The notes under the pieces were generated by a model, which did no database searches, had not been told where the DNA came from, and saw only the letters and a program-made list of their open reading frames with translations. Positions 51,835 to 62,100 of a DNA stretch of 64,000 bases are shown here, piece by piece. A program made the position numbers and the translations under genes. Every line of letters begins with the position of its first letter. Position 1 is the stretch's first letter. Origin of the DNA: Dehalococcoidia bacterium (lineage in GTDB: Bacteria; Chloroflexota; Dehalococcoidia; Bin125); assembly GCA_963663235.2 (NCBI GenBank), contig CAXXNO010000009.1, forward strand, positions 84,580 through 148,579. Direction: 5' to 3'.

Positions 51835-51909
51835 ATGCAAACGGTCGACATGAGCCTCGAACTGGACGCCTTGCCGCTGGAGCGCGCTGAGGAGGCCGAC
51901 GGCGGTCAT
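51835..51909 (-). pseudogene. 5' fragment of a small gene cut by the IS (TubC N-terminal-like)
   Basis: MTAVGLLSALQRQGVQFEAHVDRLH; ATGA-coupled to the primase stop. Confidence 0.5.
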
Positions 51910-54515
51910 AAGGGAAGATCAAACTCCTCACCTACCCCACCCTCCAGAAAAGGGCTGTGATCTTGCGACGCTTGCGATTCTTGCGACGCTCCATCTGGAG
52001 CGCTCACTTCACGTTGCGACGCTGTTGGCCCCTCTTGCGACGCTCCTAGAGTCGTTGCGACGCTGTCCTCCAGATGGGGGGCAGCCTCAGCGTCGCTAGC
52101 GACGCAAGATCCGCGCTCTTTTCTAATGGCGATGACCTTGCGGGAGCGAGAGTCAGGTTCTTGGTCGAAATTGATGGTGACCCCGGCTGCGCGTAAGGCG
52201 GGAGCGAAGCTCCGGAGCCGGCCTGACAGCACGCGAGCGTTTCCGGGCCACTCTTTGGCCTTGCGCTGTTCGTCGGTGATTTGGGCTTCCAGGAGATCCA
52301 GCAATTCAGTCGCTGTCCCCTGCAACTCGTCCCGCTCATCGAGTACTGCGATGACCGTTGCGGCCAGCAGCGATCCTTCCAGTACGGCCGTTTGCGCTTC
52401 TTGCTGGATGCCCGCATAGGCCGCTAGAAACGCCCCGTCCGGCCAGCCAGCCGCTTGCTCCACCGCGACGCCCCACGTTGCGAAATCAGCCATTCTTGGT
52501 ACTGCGGGGAGATGCACCGTTGGCAGGATCCGGTTTGCGGCGGCAACGAGATCGAGGAGAGCGCCGAGAAGGCGCGGTCGCGCTTCCTCATAGGCCGCCC
52601 AGAACGTCGCGTCCGGGATGCGTTGCTCATCCGTGAGTCGTGGGAGATCGAACGGGATCACCCGGCTTTGGAGATCGGGCCGGTTCACCAACTCCTCGAT
52701 GCCGCTCACAATCACTGGCCGGCGCTCATCGAAAATGACTTCTTCCTCGTCCGCGAAAAGTTGGCGAGTTCCAAACCCTCCGCCCGTCGCGATGCGGCAG
52801 AGCGCGTTGGAAAGCCACTCGGGCAGATTGGACAAATTGTCGAAAGCAAGAACCCAAGAGTTCCGCGCCGCGATCGCGAGATCGCGTTCACCGCGCGGCG
52901 CCGACCGGACCATCGACTCATGCGGATCAATGAGTCCCCGAAACACCTGCGTCGTAGTGGTTTTGGATGAGTCCTGCTCCCCACGGCAGTTCACGATCGG
53001 ATACTGGCGTGCGTCGCGAAGGGCCTGCGTTAGCCATACGGTGGCAACCAGACGGTCGCGCTCCTTCGTCACGTTCGCAAACCGCCAGAGTTCTTCGACG
53101 GTCCCGCCAGGAACCGGATACGGAAGCGGGAGCATCCCTCGCGCGCGCCGAAACTTCACAGGCGGATCGGTGATCACGCGCCAGCCATCCGGGCTGATCT
53201 CGATCACCTCCCAACGGTCATTTACGAGGTCCAGATACATGCAATCGCCATGACTGGCGACGCGGAAGTGAACCCGATGAACCTCGCCCTCGAAGCGGGC
53301 ACGGCCACTCAGGATCGCCTTGGCATCCGCGACAGCCTGTGCGCTTGGGGCACGCTGCTGATCTTCCCAAAACCGGAGCGCGAGATAATCATGGAATGGC
53401 TCGGACCGAAGCGGCCACGTCTGACGCATCCCTTTGATCTTCGCGGTGACAAAGGGAAGCCCAGCGGAACTCAAGAAGTATTCTTCCCCACCGGCGAGAT
53501 CCGCAAGGATGGTCGCTTGTGAAGGGTTCCCGCCCTTCTTGTCTGTGTCGTCGCTGGGCTGCGCGGGTACGTGGTCGAGCGTCGCGATCGCTTGCCGGAT
53601 CGCCTGTGCGCCATCGCGGACCAACACATCGTTGAAATCATCCCCGCTGCGCTCGGGCACGAGGAGCGCAGATCGGCGACTTCCAGTTCGCAGCCGCTCG
53701 ACCGCTTTGGTAGCGGACTCCAGGCCATCTTGATCGTTGTCGGCGACGATGATGACTTCTTTGACACTGGAAGGCACATCCGCCGTCCCAAAACCAGAGG
53801 CTGAGCCCACGACCCACACGGGAACGCCGGCCGCTTGTCGCAGCGCCAGTCCTGTTTCGATGCCTTCACAGAGGAAGAGGCGTTCCCCAGGATCACTCAG
53901 ATGGATCGCGGAGCCCGCGACGGGTCCCAGCATCGCTTTCGCTGGTTGGATGTCTGCCTTGCCTGGTCCGTCGACGCTCAGATATGTGCGGTGGATGCCG
54001 GTGATCTCCCCAGCACACGTCTCGAACGGCGCGACGATGCCAGGGAAGGTGTCGCCGTCTGGATGTTTGAGATGCGGGGAGAAGCGGAAGGACTGCGGGA
54101 TCACGCTTGCGTCGATACCGCGAGAAGCGAAGTATCTTCGGCCGCGTTCGCCGATCGGCTCTGCATCCTCGTACAACTCCCGCGCGCGTTTCTTGTTCGC
54201 GGGGATCAGAGTGGGCGCGTGTTGCCCATCACCAAGTCCACTACGTTGCCCGTTACCGGATCGTGATGGGACAGCCAATCCGTCGCGATGATCTGTGCCG
54301 CATCGACAGGGACCACCCAGCCAATGGGCGAAGGTGTGCGCATCATCTTGTTCAATCGGGCCGGCGAGTTCTGTTCGGGTGCAGTGTTCATAGTCCCCAT
54401 CGTCGCTCACCAAGCCATAGCATCGCTCGCCTTTGCCGTGCGGTAGAGCGTCGTGTCCACCGCAGATCTGACACGGGCTAATAGGGCGATGCCGTTGTTG
54501 CGCGTTCACAGTCAT
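51906..54515 (-). CDS. Primase-helicase/replication protein (Zn-binding, Toprim, ATPase-like)
   Basis: CQICGG, GIHRTYL, LCEGIETGL, ADND, DFND, GEQDSSKTT, FDNLS, RQLFAD. Confidence 0.82.
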   Translation of the reverse strand: MTVNAQQRHRPISPCQICGGHDALPHGKGERCYGLVSDDGDYEHCTRTELAGPIEQDDAHTFAHWLGGPCRCGTDHRDGLAVPSRSGNGQRSGLGDGQHAPTLIPANKKRARELYEDAEPIGERGRRYFASRGIDASVIPQSFRFSPHLKHPDGDTFPGIVAPFETCAGEITGIHRTYLSVDGPGKADIQPAKAMLGPVAGSAIHLSDPGERLFLCEGIETGLALRQAAGVPVWVVGSASGFGTADVPSSVKEVIIVADNDQDGLESATKAVERLRTGSRRSALLVPERSGDDFNDVLVRDGAQAIRQAIATLDHVPAQPSDDTDKKGGNPSQATILADLAGGEEYFLSSAGLPFVTAKIKGMRQTWPLRSEPFHDYLALRFWEDQQRAPSAQAVADAKAILSGRARFEGEVHRVHFRVASHGDCMYLDLVNDRWEVIEISPDGWRVITDPPVKFRRARGMLPLPYPVPGGTVEELWRFANVTKERDRLVATVWLTQALRDARQYPIVNCRGEQDSSKTTTTQVFRGLIDPHESMVRSAPRGERDLAIAARNSWVLAFDNLSNLPEWLSNALCRIATGGGFGTRQLFADEEEVIFDERRPVIVSGIEELVNRPDLQSRVIPFDLPRLTDEQRIPDATFWAAYEEARPRLLGALLDLVAAANRILPTVHLPAVPRMADFATWGVAVEQAAGWPDGAFLAAYAGIQQEAQTAVLEGSLLAATVIAVLDERDELQGTATELLDLLEAQITDEQRKAKEWPGNARVLSGRLRSFAPALRAAGVTINFDQEPDSRSRKVIAIRKERGSCVASDAEAAPHLEDSVATTLGASQEGPTASQREVSAPDGASQESQASQDHSPFLEGGVGEEFDLPL
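51963..52106. repeat. Iteron-like TTGCGACGCT repeats (5 direct) plus an inverted pair; putative origin
   Basis: Copies at 51963, 51981, 52014, 52035, 52055; AGCGTCGCTAGCGACGC near 52089. Confidence 0.7.
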
Positions 54516-54799
54516 GGCGTCGGCTGCGCGTAGAGGATGGCGACGCGCTCCCCGCCGTCATTACGAAGGCAGCGGATGGTGAAGTGCAGTCCTACAAGGC
54601 GGAGACGGTCCTGAGGATCATCCAGGAGCGATAGCGTGCGCACGAATTGCTGGTATCGAGGATCGAGTGTGGCATCCAAAGGGAAATCCAAAGGGAACCC
54701 GAGAGTTACCTGACAGATCGCGGTGGCCGTCACTGGTGGGACAACTCGCTCAACGTCTATGAGGTCGGTGTTACAATTTTCGTGTTCGAGCACGATCAT
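54512..54799 (-). CDS. Hypothetical protein
   Basis: GGGAG RBS; stop overlaps the primase start. Confidence 0.5.
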   Translation of the reverse strand: MIVLEHENCNTDLIDVERVVPPVTATAICQVTLGFPLDFPLDATLDPRYQQFVRTLSLLDDPQDRLRLVGLHFTIRCLRNDGGERVAILYAQPTP

Positions 54800-54855
54800 C
54801 GCGTGCTCCCTTCGCCGAGGCGCCGCCCAACACCGGGCGGCGCTCTCATATCCGA

Positions 54856-55062
54856 CTACCGTCCGGCGGCAGTAGCCAACTCGGTTTTCTCCGCGATCCA
54901 CTTCTCAAGTGCCACGCGGGACACGCGCCGCTGCCCGCCAACTTTCATGCTGGGCAACGTCCCATCCATGATCAGTGGCCACGTCGCGGACTCGCTCCGA
55001 TTGATCAACTTGGCAACGTCGGAGACTCGGAGCAGGAGTGGTTCCACAACTTTTCCCTTCAT
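54856..55062 (-). CDS. Excisionase-like HTH DNA-binding protein
   Basis: LLRVSDVAKLI...GTLPSMKVGGQRRVSRVALEKWI. Confidence 0.8.
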   Translation of the reverse strand: MKGKVVEPLLLRVSDVAKLINRSESATWPLIMDGTLPSMKVGGQRRVSRVALEKWIAEKTELATAAGR

Positions 55063-55149
55063 CGAAACCTATCCGCCTCTCGATCAGTCTTGTATGCTTC
55101 GCCTGGGCCGTCCAACGCTCTTGTGACGTATCAGCGTTACGGAGGGGAC

Positions 55150-56142
55150 ATGGCAGTAGTATCCGACACCATCGAGGTGATCGAAACCGTCGTCCCCTCG
55201 CGACTTGTCGAGGTGCGGGATGGATACGTCTATGTGCAAGACCCAAAGATGATTCTCACGAAGGACGAACTGAAGAAGATTGAGGACGCGTCCGACCATG
55301 TCTTCCAATTTCGACGCAGCCCCGAGAACGTCATCATCGAGTTCGTCGATCTCGAAGAAGGTGACGACGATCGGCTGGCCCAATTCGTCCGCCGATTCGG
55401 CCTTCTCGGCTTGTGCCAACACGGGAAGCGCCACAATCACCTCCCAGGTTGTGGGGCAGAGCGGGTGTCCTGGATCGAAGGCGAGGAAGACACGCCATCG
55501 CTCTGGAAGGCTCCACGGAGCCGTACAGAAGTTGGTATTCGCGAGCGTGTTGAAGCGTGGTACCGCTATCGCGACCGGGCTGAAGCGCTCCTCACGATTG
55601 CGGTGTTTCTCAGAGGCAAGGTAGATGCGCGTCGAGGGAGAGTTCGGGGGGCATGGCGCACATTGATCGACGATGGGGGTGCCGACCAGTACCCCACGAT
55701 CCCGACGCTGATGAGAAACCGCGTCGCAGCCATCACAATGCACTCAGAGAACCTGAACGACTGGCTTCAAACCGCGGCACTGGCACTCTCGCAGGCTTGG
55801 GATCCGAATGAGGAACGCGGAAGAACGGAGTTGACCGGAACGCTGTTGGGCAATCTGGGGTATCAAATTCTGGCCGCGACGAACGGGTCAACGCTCCTGG
55901 CGTATTGTGACAACTGCGCTCGGCTCTTCGAACCGAACCCGCGTGTCCCCGAAGATCGCGGTAAGTACTGCAAGCTATGTCGCTCGAAGAACGTGAGCGG
56001 TCGAGTCCGCCAGCAGCGATTCCGTGAGCGGCAGCAGGAGATCCGCCGGTTAAACGCGGACGGTGTACCCATCCGCGAAATCGCGACGCGCATGGACGCC
56101 AAGCCAGAGAAGATTCGTAAGTGGTTAGGAGTCAAAAGATGA
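55150..56142 (+). CDS. Putative regulator with C-terminal Cys cluster and HTH
   Basis: CDNC...YCKLC..RQQRFR, then GVPIREIATRMD..KIRKWL; divergent from xis, coupled to the integrase. Confidence 0.6.
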   Translation: MAVVSDTIEVIETVVPSRLVEVRDGYVYVQDPKMILTKDELKKIEDASDHVFQFRRSPENVIIEFVDLEEGDDDRLAQFVRRFGLLGLCQHGKRHNHLPGCGAERVSWIEGEEDTPSLWKAPRSRTEVGIRERVEAWYRYRDRAEALLTIAVFLRGKVDARRGRVRGAWRTLIDDGGADQYPTIPTLMRNRVAAITMHSENLNDWLQTAALALSQAWDPNEERGRTELTGTLLGNLGYQILAATNGSTLLAYCDNCARLFEPNPRVPEDRGKYCKLCRSKNVSGRVRQQRFRERQQEIRRLNADGVPIREIATRMDAKPEKIRKWLGVKR

Positions 56143-57274
56143 GCCGACGTGCCCGCGGTGAGGGCTCCGTTTTCAAGAGGTCCGACGGGAGATGGGCCGG
56201 CGAGTTGGTGTTGGGCTGGAAGGATGGGAGACGCGTTCGTAAGTCATTTACGGACGCTCCCAGGCTGAGGCTCTGCGGAAGCTCAGGGCCGCACAGAGAG
56301 CACAGGACGACGGACTGCCTCAGCCGTCCGAGCGAGAGACGGTCGGGGGTTTCCTGCGCGTCTGGATCGAGGAATCGGCACAGGTCCGCCTCCGCCCTTC
56401 CACGCTTCAGTCGTACACATCTATCGCCTACGGGAATTTAATTCCGGCCTTTGAAAAGACGCGGCTCGCGAAACTCAGCCCCACAGACGTCGAGGCCTAC
56501 GTCGCCGAGAAGTCGCGAGTGGGGCTATCGGGGTACTCCGTCCGTAATCACGTCGCCCTCCTCCGCAGAGCCTTGAACGACGCAGTCCGCTGGGGCCTCG
56601 TGCCCCGCAATGTCGCCGCCGGCGTGAGGCCACCCCGGCTGCGCGACGCGAGCAGCCGCCCCTTCGACGAGGCGGAAGCCCAGCAGTTCCTTGCCCATGT
56701 ACAAGGCGACCGCCTTGAGGCTCTCTTCGCTCTCGCGCTCGGCTTGGGCCTGAGACAGTCGGAATTATTGGGGCTCACGCATGATGCCGTCGATCTGAAT
56801 CGCAGGCGTCTGCAAGTTCAGGCTCAGCTCCGGCGTCATCACGGTCGCTTCTGGCTGGAGGAACCGAAGACGGCGCGCAGCCGCCGCACCATGTCGCTTG
56901 AACTCCCGCTCGTCGAAGTCGTTCGGCGCCGTCGTGTCCTTCAGAAGGAAGAACAACTCGCTGCCGGCCCAGCGTGGCAGGGGAATGAGCTTGGCCTGCT
57001 GTTCAACACGGAGCTGGGAGGTCCCATCTCAGCCGCCACACTGAGCCGGCGCTTCCACGCCCTCTGTGAGGGAGCCGGTCTTCGCCGCGTGCGGTTCCAC
57101 GACCTTCGCCACACATACGGGAGCCTCTTGGCGGAGAAAGGTGTCCCGATGCGGACGGCGATGGATCTCATGGGCCACACGCAGATCTCGACCACCGCCC
57201 AGGTCTACCAACACGTCTCCGAGGAGTCGATGCAGGACGCTGCCGCGCGGGTGGCAAGGGCTCTTTGGCGCTGA
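56139..57274 (+). CDS. Tyrosine integrase (1-nt deletion in a T-run near 56248)
   Basis: GLRQSELLGL, KT, RFHDLRHT, MGHTQ, VYQH catalytic set. Confidence 0.88.
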
Positions 57275-57427
57275 CTCTGCTTCGGGTGACTACGCCATCG
57301 TTTGACAGGCATTCTGACAGGCACAGGACTGGACGTGGGCGGAGGGAATTGGACGTGGTTGGAGTCTCACTATCGAGTGAACCTGGTGCTTGGAGGACGC
57401 CGGTCTGCCTGAGAGGGCTCGCCTTGA

Positions 57428-57472
57428 TTTCCTAAACCATGTGCGCAGGTTCGACTCCTGCCGGGGGGACCA
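57428..57472 (+). mobile_element. att site: 3' half of tRNA-Arg(CCT)
   Basis: TTTCCTAAACC...GCAGGTTCGACTCCTGCCGGGGGGACCA without a 5' half; TGACAGGCA arm-like repeats at 57303 and 57315. Confidence 0.75.
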
Positions 57473-57564
57473 TATCGCACGTGGGGTACTCCGGCCCGCT
57501 CTCCCGACTAACACCTACCCCTCGCGACGATAGCTTCGCGGATGGGGTTTTGAGCCACCACAGG

Positions 57565-57594
57565 TTGACAGATAAGAACATGTGTTCGTATCTT
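57565..57594 (+). promoter_or_regulatory. sigma70 promoter with a LexA box
   Basis: TTGACA (57565-57570), GAAC-ATGT-GTTC (57576-57587), TATCTT (57589-57594). Confidence 0.85.
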
Positions 57595-57649
57595 GCTGAT
57601 CCTGCCGGGGTATCTAGGGCCGCTCTTGGGCTGCCGGTGGGGACCGGGG

Positions 57650-58915
57650 GTGAACGCCATCGCTCCGAGCGTCGCAGCTTCCAGGTGGACCGCCGCTGTA
57701 CGCATCCCGCACTTCGCCTTGGCATTGGCGCAAGCCGCCAGAGGGTGTCTCCTGCGCCACCGCGGTCCGCCGCTGGTGCTCTGCGACGCCCATAGCGCCC
57801 CGGCGCGTGTGCTCGACGCCTGCGACCAAGCAACACGGTTCGGCGTTCGCGCCGGGATGCCCGTGCGGGACGCCCTCGCCTGCTGCCCCACGGCCGAATT
57901 CCTCTCGGCCGATCCCCTCCAGGCGCCGCGGGAGCGGGAGCGCTGGCTCGACGCGCTGGAGGCTGTCAGCCCGACCGTCGAGCCCGACACGCAGGATATC
58001 GGCACCGTGCTCGTGGATCTGGAAGGGCTCGATCAGCTGCACGGCGGAGACCTCGGCGTGGTCAAGGCCCTCGCGGCCACGACGAAACAGGCACTCGGGC
58101 TGGAGCCGTGCATCGGCGTGGCGGACGGGCCATTCGCCGCCCGCGCGGCGGCCGTCAGCGCGATTCCTTCAGCGCCGGCGATCGTGCCGCGGGGTCAAGC
58201 GCCCCGCTATCTCACCGCGCTGGGAGTGGAGCAGTTGCCGCTCGGCAGGGATGTCACCCACCGGCTGCGCACACGGTTCGGCATCCGCACGATCGGGGAG
58301 TTCGCGGCGCTCCCGCTGGGGGCGGTGCAAGCACAGTTCGGACTAGCGGGCCGCGAGGCGTGGCACCTGGCACACGGCCGCGACCGGCGACGGCTGCGGC
58401 CGCGGGTCCACGCCGCGCACCTAGGCGAACGACTGCAGTTCCCCTCGCCCACCGCCAGCGGCGAAGCGCTCCTGACCGCCGCACGCCATCTGGTGACGCG
58501 GCTCTTGCAACGGCCCGAGCTGGAGCAGCGCGCCGTGCGGCGGGTGACTGTCTGGATCCAGGTCGCCGACGGTCCCAACTGGGAGCGGAGCGTGACGTTG
58601 CAGGAGGCGTCGCGCGACGCGCAGCGGCTGCGGATCGTGATTCGGCGCGAGTTGGAGCGGTTGTGGGCGGCCGGGCAGACAACGCTCCCCGGTCCCGTGG
58701 CCGAGATCGGGCTGGAGTTCGCCGACCTCTGCACGGAAAGCGGCAAGCAGGCCGCGCTGTGGACCGGGAACGGCCGGCGCACCAAGCAGTTGGACGACGC
58801 GGTGCGCCAGCTCCGGGCGCGCTATAGCGAGCCCACGCTTTTCCGCGTCGTGGAGGTGGAGCCGTGGTCGCGCTTTCCCGAGCGGCAGGCGGCGCTGATC
58901 GCCTACGACCCCTGA
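57650..58915 (+). CDS. imuB: ImuB-like inactive Y-family polymerase
   Basis: GVRAGMP..DAL..CP, SPTVE, IGVADGPFAA, GIRTIGEFAAL; upstream of dnaE2. Confidence 0.8.
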   Translation: MNAIAPSVAASRWTAAVRIPHFALALAQAARGCLLRHRGPPLVLCDAHSAPARVLDACDQATRFGVRAGMPVRDALACCPTAEFLSADPLQAPRERERWLDALEAVSPTVEPDTQDIGTVLVDLEGLDQLHGGDLGVVKALAATTKQALGLEPCIGVADGPFAARAAAVSAIPSAPAIVPRGQAPRYLTALGVEQLPLGRDVTHRLRTRFGIRTIGEFAALPLGAVQAQFGLAGREAWHLAHGRDRRRLRPRVHAAHLGERLQFPSPTASGEALLTAARHLVTRLLQRPELEQRAVRRVTVWIQVADGPNWERSVTLQEASRDAQRLRIVIRRELERLWAAGQTTLPGPVAEIGLEFADLCTESGKQAALWTGNGRRTKQLDDAVRQLRARYSEPTLFRVVEVEPWSRFPERQAALIAYDP

Positions 58916-59163
58916 GACGGCCGCGGCCCCTGGGGGTCGAGGTCTCCGCACAGGGGATGCCGGCGGCGGTCCGCACCGCGGCGGGCTGGGTGGAGGTCGT
59001 CGCCGTGCTCGACCATTGGCGGCTCGACGACGAGTGGTGGCGCGAGCGGCCGGAGCAGCGCTGGTACTACCGGCTCGCGCTCGCCGGCGGGCGCACGCTG
59101 ACCGTGTTCCACGACCGCGCCAGCGGCGCGTGGCTCGCCCAGGAGTACGGACGGGCGGGCTGA
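58864..59163 (+). CDS. Small protein resembling the ImuB C-terminal region (DUF6504-like)
   Basis: RPLRRPRP...WRLDDEWW...RWYY...VFHD...W; start uncertain. Confidence 0.65.
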   Translation: MVALSRAAGGADRLRPLRRPRPLGVEVSAQGMPAAVRTAAGWVEVVAVLDHWRLDDEWWRERPEQRWYYRLALAGGRTLTVFHDRASGAWLAQEYGRAG

Positions 59164-59164
59164 G

Positions 59165-62100
59165 ATGGCCTACGTCGAGCTGCACTGCCACAGCGGCTAC
59201 TCGTTCCTAGACGGCGCTTCCACGCCGAACGAGCTGGCGCACTACGCCCACGCCCTCGGCCATTCGGCGCTCGCGCTCACGGACACCGACGGGCTCTACG
59301 GCGCGATGGAGTTCGCGAAGGCGGCGAGCGCCTGGGGGGTCCGGCCGATTATTGGCGCGGAGGTCACGCTGGCAGGGCCCGACGGGTCGCGGCCACGCAT
59401 GGATCGCCCGGCCGAAGGCTATCAGCTGCTTTTGCTCGTCGAGAACGCCCACGGCTACGCCAACCTCTGCCGCCTGATCACGGCCGCGCACCTCGCCCAC
59501 GAGAAGGGCGAACCGGCGCTCGACCCGGCGCTGCTGGCGACACATGCGAACGGCCTGATCTGCCTGACCGGCTCGCCAGATCACGGCGAGGTGGCGCGCC
59601 TCGCGTCGGCCGGCGACCTCGACGGTGCACGCGCCGCCCTCGCGCGACTCGTCGAGTGGTTCGGGCATTCCCGGATCTACGTCGAACTCCAGCACCACTA
59701 CGCCCCCGGCGACCGCAACAGGAACGAGCGGTTGGTGGCGCTGGCCCGCGACTGCGGCCTGGCAGTGGTGGCGACGAACGACGTGCACTACCACGCGCCG
59801 GACCGGCGTCGTCTGCAGGATGTGTTGGTCGCGATCCGCACGCACCAACCGCTCGACGCCTGCCACCGCGAGCGCTTCCCCAACGGCGAGTATTACCTGA
59901 AGTCCGAGGCGGAGATACGGGCCGCCTTCGCCGACTGGCCCGAGGCGATCGAGCACACGGGCGAGGTAGCGGAGCGCTGCCGCTTCGACATCGAGTCCCA
60001 GCTCACCTACCGCTTCCCCGATTACCCCACGCCCCAGGGCGAGCCGCCCGACGCCTATCTCCGCGCCGTCTGCGAGGCCACGATACGCGACCGCTACAGC
60101 ACCGTCACCGGCGCGGTCCCTCCGAACGTGCAAGCGCGGCTTGAGGAGGAGCTGCGACTGATCGCCCGGCATAGACTCGCGGGTTTCTTTCTCATCTACC
60201 GCGACCTGATCGAGGAGGGGAAACAAGTGCTGGCGGAGCTGCGGGCCGAGCGCGGCGACCCCACGCCCGTGACCCACCCGCCGGGACGGGGGCGCGGCTC
60301 CTCGGTCGGATCGCTGGTCTGCTACCTGATCGGGCTCTCCCACATCGACCCGATCGCCAACGACCTCTTCCTGGGACGCTTCCTCAACGAGGAGATGGCA
60401 GCCGTTCCCGACATCGATCTGGACTTCTCACGGGAGGTGCGGGAGCGGATGATCGCGCGCGTCTACGAGCGCTGGGGGCGGGATCATGTCGCGCTGACCT
60501 GCACGTTCCCGACCTACCGCACGCGCGGGGCGATCCGGGAAGTGGGGAAGGCGCTCGGGCTTCCCGCACCGGCCCTGGACAAGCTCGCCAAGCTCGCCGC
60601 CCGGACCGGCGTGGAGGACCTGCCGCAGGAGATGGCGCGGCTGCCCGAGTTCCGCGACCAGACCCGCACCCCGATGTGGCGGCACTTCTTCCGCCTCGTG
60701 CAGGAGATCCACGGGCTGCCGCGGCACGTCAGCCAGCACGTGGGCGGCATGATCATCTCCTCCACTCCCCTCGTGAAGTGCGTGCCGCTGGAGAACAGCC
60801 GGATGCCGGGGCGAGTGGTCTGCCAGTGGGACAAGGACAGCATCGACGACGCCCGCTTCATCAAGATCGACTTCCTGGCCCTGGGGATGCTCTCAGCGGT
60901 GGACGAGTGCCTAGACCGGATCCGCGCGCGCACGGGCAAGAGCGTGGATTTGTCGCGCATCGACTTCGCCGACCCGCGCGTCTACGCGGCGATCCAGGCC
61001 GGCGACACGGTGGGCACGTTCCAGGTCGAGAGCCGCGCACAGATCCAGAGCATCATCCGCACGCGGCCCGAGAACCTGGAAGACCTGACGGTCCAGGTGG
61101 CGATCATCCGGCCGGGCCCCATCGTCGGCGGCGCGGTGAACCCGTACATCAATCGGCGGATGGGGCGGGAGCTCGTGACCTACGACCACCCGCTCTTGGA
61201 GCCCGCCCTGAAAGAGACGCTGGGGGTGGTGCTCTATCAGGAGCAGGTGATCGAGGTCGTGATGGCGATCGGCGGGTTCTCGCCCGGACAGGCGGACCAG
61301 ATGCGCCGGGCGATGCGCCGCAAGCGGTCGTTCGAGGCGATGGCGGAGTTCTGGGAGGCCTTTCGGGCCGGCGCAGCCGAGCGAGGCATTGCCCGTGATT
61401 TGGCGGAGACGATCTTTCGCAAGCTGCTGGGGTTCGCCGAGTTCGGCTTCCCCAAGAGCCACGCCGCCGCCTTCGGGCTACTGGCCTATCAGTCGAACTG
61501 GCTGCGGGTCCATTACCCGGCGGAGTACCTGGCGGCGTTGCTCAATGCGCAGCCAATGGGCTTCTATTCGCCCGAAGTCCTGGTCGGCGACGCGAAACGC
61601 CACGAGGTGCCCCTCCTCGCGCCCGATATCAACCGCAGCACGGACCTCTGCGCGCCGGAAGGCGAGGGCGTACGTCTGGGTCTCGCGATGGTCCGGTCGA
61701 TCGGTGAGACGCCGGCGAAAACGATCGTCCAGGAACGGGATCGCTACGGCGCCTACGGCTCGCTGTTCGATCTCTACCGGCGCGTGCCGTTGCGGCGGGA
61801 GGGGATCGAGGCGCTGATCGAAGCGTGCGCCTTCGACTGGACGGGGCTGGAACGGCGGGAACTCCTCTGGCAGGTGGGATTGTTCTACCAGCCTGTCGCG
61901 CAGCCGGCCGGTGAGGCGGCCCGAACGGCGCCGCGTCCCCGGCAGTTACCGTTGGCGCTCCCGACGGTGCAGGACCAGCCGCCGCTGCGGCCGATGAGCC
62001 GCTGGAAACGGCTGGTGGCCGACTACCGGGCCCTCGGCCTTTCCACCGTCGATCACCCGATGGCGGCGCTGCGAAACTGGCTGGATCAATTGCACGAAGG

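Noticed and set aside
57428-57472. Functional tRNA gene
   Set aside because: No D-arm or 5' acceptor strand upstream; treated as an att remnant.
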